Below are positions 35,060 through 37,568 of a stretch of DNA of 37,568 bases, in pieces. The notes below the pieces were generated by a model. That model saw nothing but the letters and a program-made list of their open reading frames with translations. It was not told where the DNA came from and ran no database searches. Positions within the stretch are counted from its first letter, which is position 1. Each line of letters starts with the position of its first letter. The translations under genes were made by a program, and so were the position numbers. Location: NCBI GenBank assembly GCA_964548515.1, contig CAZJSF010000003.1, forward strand, positions 1 to 37,568. The letters run 5' to 3'. The DNA comes from an uncultured Thermodesulfobacteriota bacterium (lineage in GTDB: Bacteria; Desulfobacterota; Deferrisomatia; Deferrisomatales; JACRMM01).

Positions 35060-35907
35060 GGGTTCCTCCCCTCGGAGGCGGCGCGCAGGAAGAACCGGTC
35101 CATCGCCTCCTCGTCGCCCGCCTCCACCGCGCTCCGCAGCTCGGCCAGACGCTCGGAGAACGCATCGACCGCGCCGAGCAGCGCGGCCCGGTTCTCCAGG
35201 AACACGTCCTTCCACACCGCCGCCGGGCTCGCGGTGACCCGGGTGAAGTCCCGCAGCGAGGTGCCACCCAGGGACGCCTGGTGCGGCTCCAGCTCCGACG
35301 ACACCGCGCTCACGAGGCTGTAGGCCAGGGCGTGGGGCAGGTGGCTCACGTAGGCGAAGACCCGATCGTGCAGGTCCGGGGCGATGCAGACCACCTCGGA
35401 GCCCAGGTCGCGCCACAGGGTGCTCACCAGCTCCAGCGCCTCCGGCGGCGTGTCGGGCTCCGGCGTCAGGACGCAGGTGCGCCCCTCGAAGAGCCCCGGC
35501 ACCGCGCCCTCGATGCCTCCCCGCTCGGTTCCCGCCACCGGGTGTCCCCCGACGAAGGCCACGCCCTCGGGGAGGCACTCCCGCGCGCCGGCGAGCACCG
35601 ACACCTTCGCGCTCCCGACGTCGGTCACCACCTGCCCGGGCCGCAGGTGCGGGGCCAGCTGGCACAGCAGCGAGCGGATGGCCCGGACCGGCGCGGCCAG
35701 GATCACAAGGTCCGCGCCCGCCACCGCCTCCGAGGCCTCGGCGTACCCCTCGTCGAGGAAGCCCCGCTGCCGGGCCAGGTCCACCGAGCCCTGGCGGCGG
35801 TCGGTGCCCGTCACGACCCAGCGCGTCCTGCGGGCCTTCAGGGAGGCCGCGATGCTCCCCCCGATGAGGCCGAGGCCCACGAGCGTCACCGTCCGCCGCG
35901 GAGTCAC
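35047..35907 (-). CDS. tyrA: Prephenate (or arogenate) dehydrogenase
   Basis: GTG start at 35907 overlaps the upstream stop (GTGA). Rossmann motif VTLVGLGLIGGS, DVGSAK, GGHPVAG(TE), SHLPH. 286 aa. Confidence 0.9.
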   Translation of the reverse strand: MTPRRTVTLVGLGLIGGSIAASLKARRTRWVVTGTDRRQGSVDLARQRGFLDEGYAEASEAVAGADLVILAAPVRAIRSLLCQLAPHLRPGQVVTDVGSAKVSVLAGARECLPEGVAFVGGHPVAGTERGGIEGAVPGLFEGRTCVLTPEPDTPPEALELVSTLWRDLGSEVVCIAPDLHDRVFAYVSHLPHALAYSLVSAVSSELEPHQASLGGTSLRDFTRVTASPAAVWKDVFLENRAALLGAVDAFSERLAELRSAVEAGDEEAMDRFFLRAASEGRNPWHR

Positions 35908-36926
35908 GGCGCACCCACTTCGCGGCCCACCGCCCGCGCCACGGCAGCGAGCTCCGCCACGAGCCGCGCGAAGCGCTCGGGCTTGAGGCTCTGGTTGCCG
36001 TCGCACAGGGCGGCTTCGGGCGAGGCGTGCACTTCGATCATCAGGCCGTCGGCTCCCGCCGCGAGGGCCGCCTTCGCCAGGGGGGCCACCAGTTCGTAGC
36101 GGCCCGCCGCGTGGCTGGGGTCCACGATCACCGGCAGGTGCGTCTGGCCCTTCAGCACAGGCACGGCGGAGAGGTCCAGGGTGCTCCGGGTGGCCGTCTC
36201 GAACGTCCGGATGCCCCTCTCGCACAGCACGATGCGGCTGTTCCCCTGGGCGGCGACGTACTCCGCGCTCATCAGGCACTCGGTGAGGGTGGCGGACATC
36301 CCCCGCTTGATCAGCACCGGCTTCTCCAGGTTCCCCACCTCCTTGAGGAGGCGGAAGTTCTGCATGTTGCGGGCGCCGATCTGCACCACGTCCGCGTAGC
36401 GGGCGACGAGCAGCGTGTCCCGCGGGTCCATCAGCTCCGTCACCACCGGCAGCCCCGTCTGCTCCCGGGCCTCGGCCAGCAACTCCAGCCCCTTCTCGCC
36501 GAGCCCCTGGAAGGCGTAGGGGCTCGTGCGCGGCTTGTACGCCCCGCCGCGCAGCATGGTGGCGCCGGCCTCCTTGATCGCCTGCGCCGTCTCGAGGAGC
36601 GTCGTGCGGTTCTCGATCGAACAGGGGCCGGCGATGATCTGCACCGCGGGGCCTCCCAGGCGCACGCCCCGGACCTCTACGACGCTGTCCTCCGCCCGGA
36701 ACTCGCGGCTCACGAGCTTGTACGGCTTGAGGATGGGGATCACCCGCTCCACCCCGGGCATCGACTCCAGCGGCAGCTCCCGCAGGGCGTCCTCGTCGCC
36801 GATCGCTCCGAGGATCGTCCGCTTCCGCCCCTCCGACTCGTGGACCGACAGGCCGAGGGCGCGGAGCGTCTGGACGAGCTGCCGCCGGTCCTCCTCCCGG
36901 TGGTCGGGCCGCAGGACGATGATCAT
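35904..36926 (-). CDS. 3-deoxy-7-phosphoheptulonate (DAHP) synthase, type I-beta, with an N-terminal ferredoxin-like regulatory domain
   Basis: ATG 36926 overlaps the hisC stop (ATGA). About 75-aa N-terminal domain (MIIVLRPDH...VERVIPI), then IIAGPCSIE, LRGGAYKPRTSPY.FQG, KRG, DPSH motifs. 340 aa. Confidence 0.93.
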   Translation of the reverse strand: MIIVLRPDHREEDRRQLVQTLRALGLSVHESEGRKRTILGAIGDEDALRELPLESMPGVERVIPILKPYKLVSREFRAEDSVVEVRGVRLGGPAVQIIAGPCSIENRTTLLETAQAIKEAGATMLRGGAYKPRTSPYAFQGLGEKGLELLAEAREQTGLPVVTELMDPRDTLLVARYADVVQIGARNMQNFRLLKEVGNLEKPVLIKRGMSATLTECLMSAEYVAAQGNSRIVLCERGIRTFETATRSTLDLSAVPVLKGQTHLPVIVDPSHAAGRYELVAPLAKAALAAGADGLMIEVHASPEAALCDGNQSLKPERFARLVAELAAVARAVGREVGAP

Positions 36927-37568
36927 CCCAGACCTCCCCGCACCCCGAGCACCCGGCCGAAGGCCTCCTCGAACACGTCCAACTCCTCGGGCAGCCCCAC
37001 GGTGACGCGGATCCACTCGGGCATGCCGAAGCTCCGCGCCGAGCGCACGATCACCCCGTGGTCGAGCAGGGCCTCGAACCAGCCGTCCCCGTCCCCCACC
37101 CGGGCCAGCACGAAGTTGGCCTCGCTGGGCACCACGTCCACGCCGCGGCCCGCGAGGAAGCGGGTCAGTCGCTCCCTCCCCACCCGGTTCACCTCCCGGG
37201 AGCGGCTCACGTGCCCCTCGTCGCCCAAGGCGGCGGTCGCCGCGCCCTGGGCCGGCCCGTTGGCGTTGAAGGGCAGCCGGAGCCGGTTCATGAAGTCCAC
37301 CAGGCGGCGCGGCGCGATCCCGTACCCGATCCGCAGCGCGGCCAGGCCGTGGGCCTTGGAGAAGGTCCGGGCGCACACCAGCAGCCGGTCCTCGTCCAGG
37401 TACTCCCGCCCCACGGGGAAGTCCGGGGCCTCCGCGTACTCGGCGTAGGCCTCGTCGAGCAGGATGCCCACGTGGGCCGGCACGTCGTCGAGGAACCGCT
37501 CCCATTCCCGCCGCCGGAAGATGGTGCCGGTGGGGTTGTTCGGGTTGCCCAGGATCACGAGCGCCGTG
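36923..37568 (-). CDS. hisC: Histidinol-phosphate/aromatic aminotransferase (HisC family); N-terminus lies outside the window
   Basis: LGNPNNPTG, DEAY.EY, RTFSKAHGLAALRIGY (PLP Lys), SEANFVL, IRVTVG. The frame is open to the window end. Confidence 0.88.
   Translation of the reverse strand, partial: TALVILGNPNNPTGTIFRRREWERFLDDVPAHVGILLDEAYAEYAEAPDFPVGREYLDEDRLLVCARTFSKAHGLAALRIGYGIAPRRLVDFMNRLRLPFNANGPAQGAATAALGDEGHVSRSREVNRVGRERLTRFLAGRGVDVVPSEANFVLARVGDGDGWFEALLDHGVIVRSARSFGMPEWIRVTVGLPEELDVFEEAFGRVLGVRGGLG

Noticed and set aside
33608-35323. 571-aa plus-strand ORF and other alternative-frame ORFs across aroA/tyrA
   Set aside because: They are antisense or out of frame relative to genes with clear EPSP synthase and prephenate dehydrogenase motifs. 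The products are low-complexity, Arg/Pro/Gly-rich sequence.

Overview
37.6-kb stretch of a high-G+C bacterial chromosome. By eye I found no rRNA, tRNA, CRISPR array, transposase or integrase. I call 35 protein-coding genes plus one doubtful small ORF. All family assignments come from motif recognition in the translations, not from database searches.

Gene order, left to right:
- alaC-like aminotransferase (partial, minus strand), then ftsH.
- A class III PHA locus: phaR, an unknown coiled-coil gene, phaE, phaC.
- cspA with a long leader and a clean intrinsic terminator.
- A ~650-nt gap that looks non-coding, then a cytidylate-kinase-like gene (minus strand).
- A 10-gene plus-strand chain with almost no intergenic space: cheD, HDOD, yjbQ, phoH, PBP1A, pabB, pabC, a DUF362 Fe-S protein, a hydantoinase-A-like ATPase, an HDAC-family amidohydrolase.
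- A minus-strand glycolytic trio: pyk, gpmA, pgm.
- A small accessory patch: a membrane protein, an orphan specialised lytic transglycosylase, a ~1.5-kb low-G+C islet carrying brnT-brnA plus a secreted unknown, and a large IPT/YVTN-propeller lipoprotein.
- A long minus-strand run: hisC, DAHP synthase, tyrA, aroA, ftsY, an ArsB/NhaD-type permease, a tandem USP, cysteine synthase.

Most of the window is ordinary core metabolism. The items most worth follow-up are:
1. The translationally coupled DUF362 / solo hydantoinase-A-like / HDAC-plus-Cys-ribbon trio appended to pabBC.
2. The low-G+C islet with a three-gene brnT-brnA-secreted-protein unit.
3. The PHA locus, where PhaE carries a histone-H1-like Ala/Lys/Pro tail and an extra coiled-coil gene is present.
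4. The multidomain lipoprotein, whose C-terminus looks like a truncated sorting signal.
5. Two sizeable non-coding regions, 7071-7726 and 26704-27258.

None of these can be shown to be novel from sequence alone.
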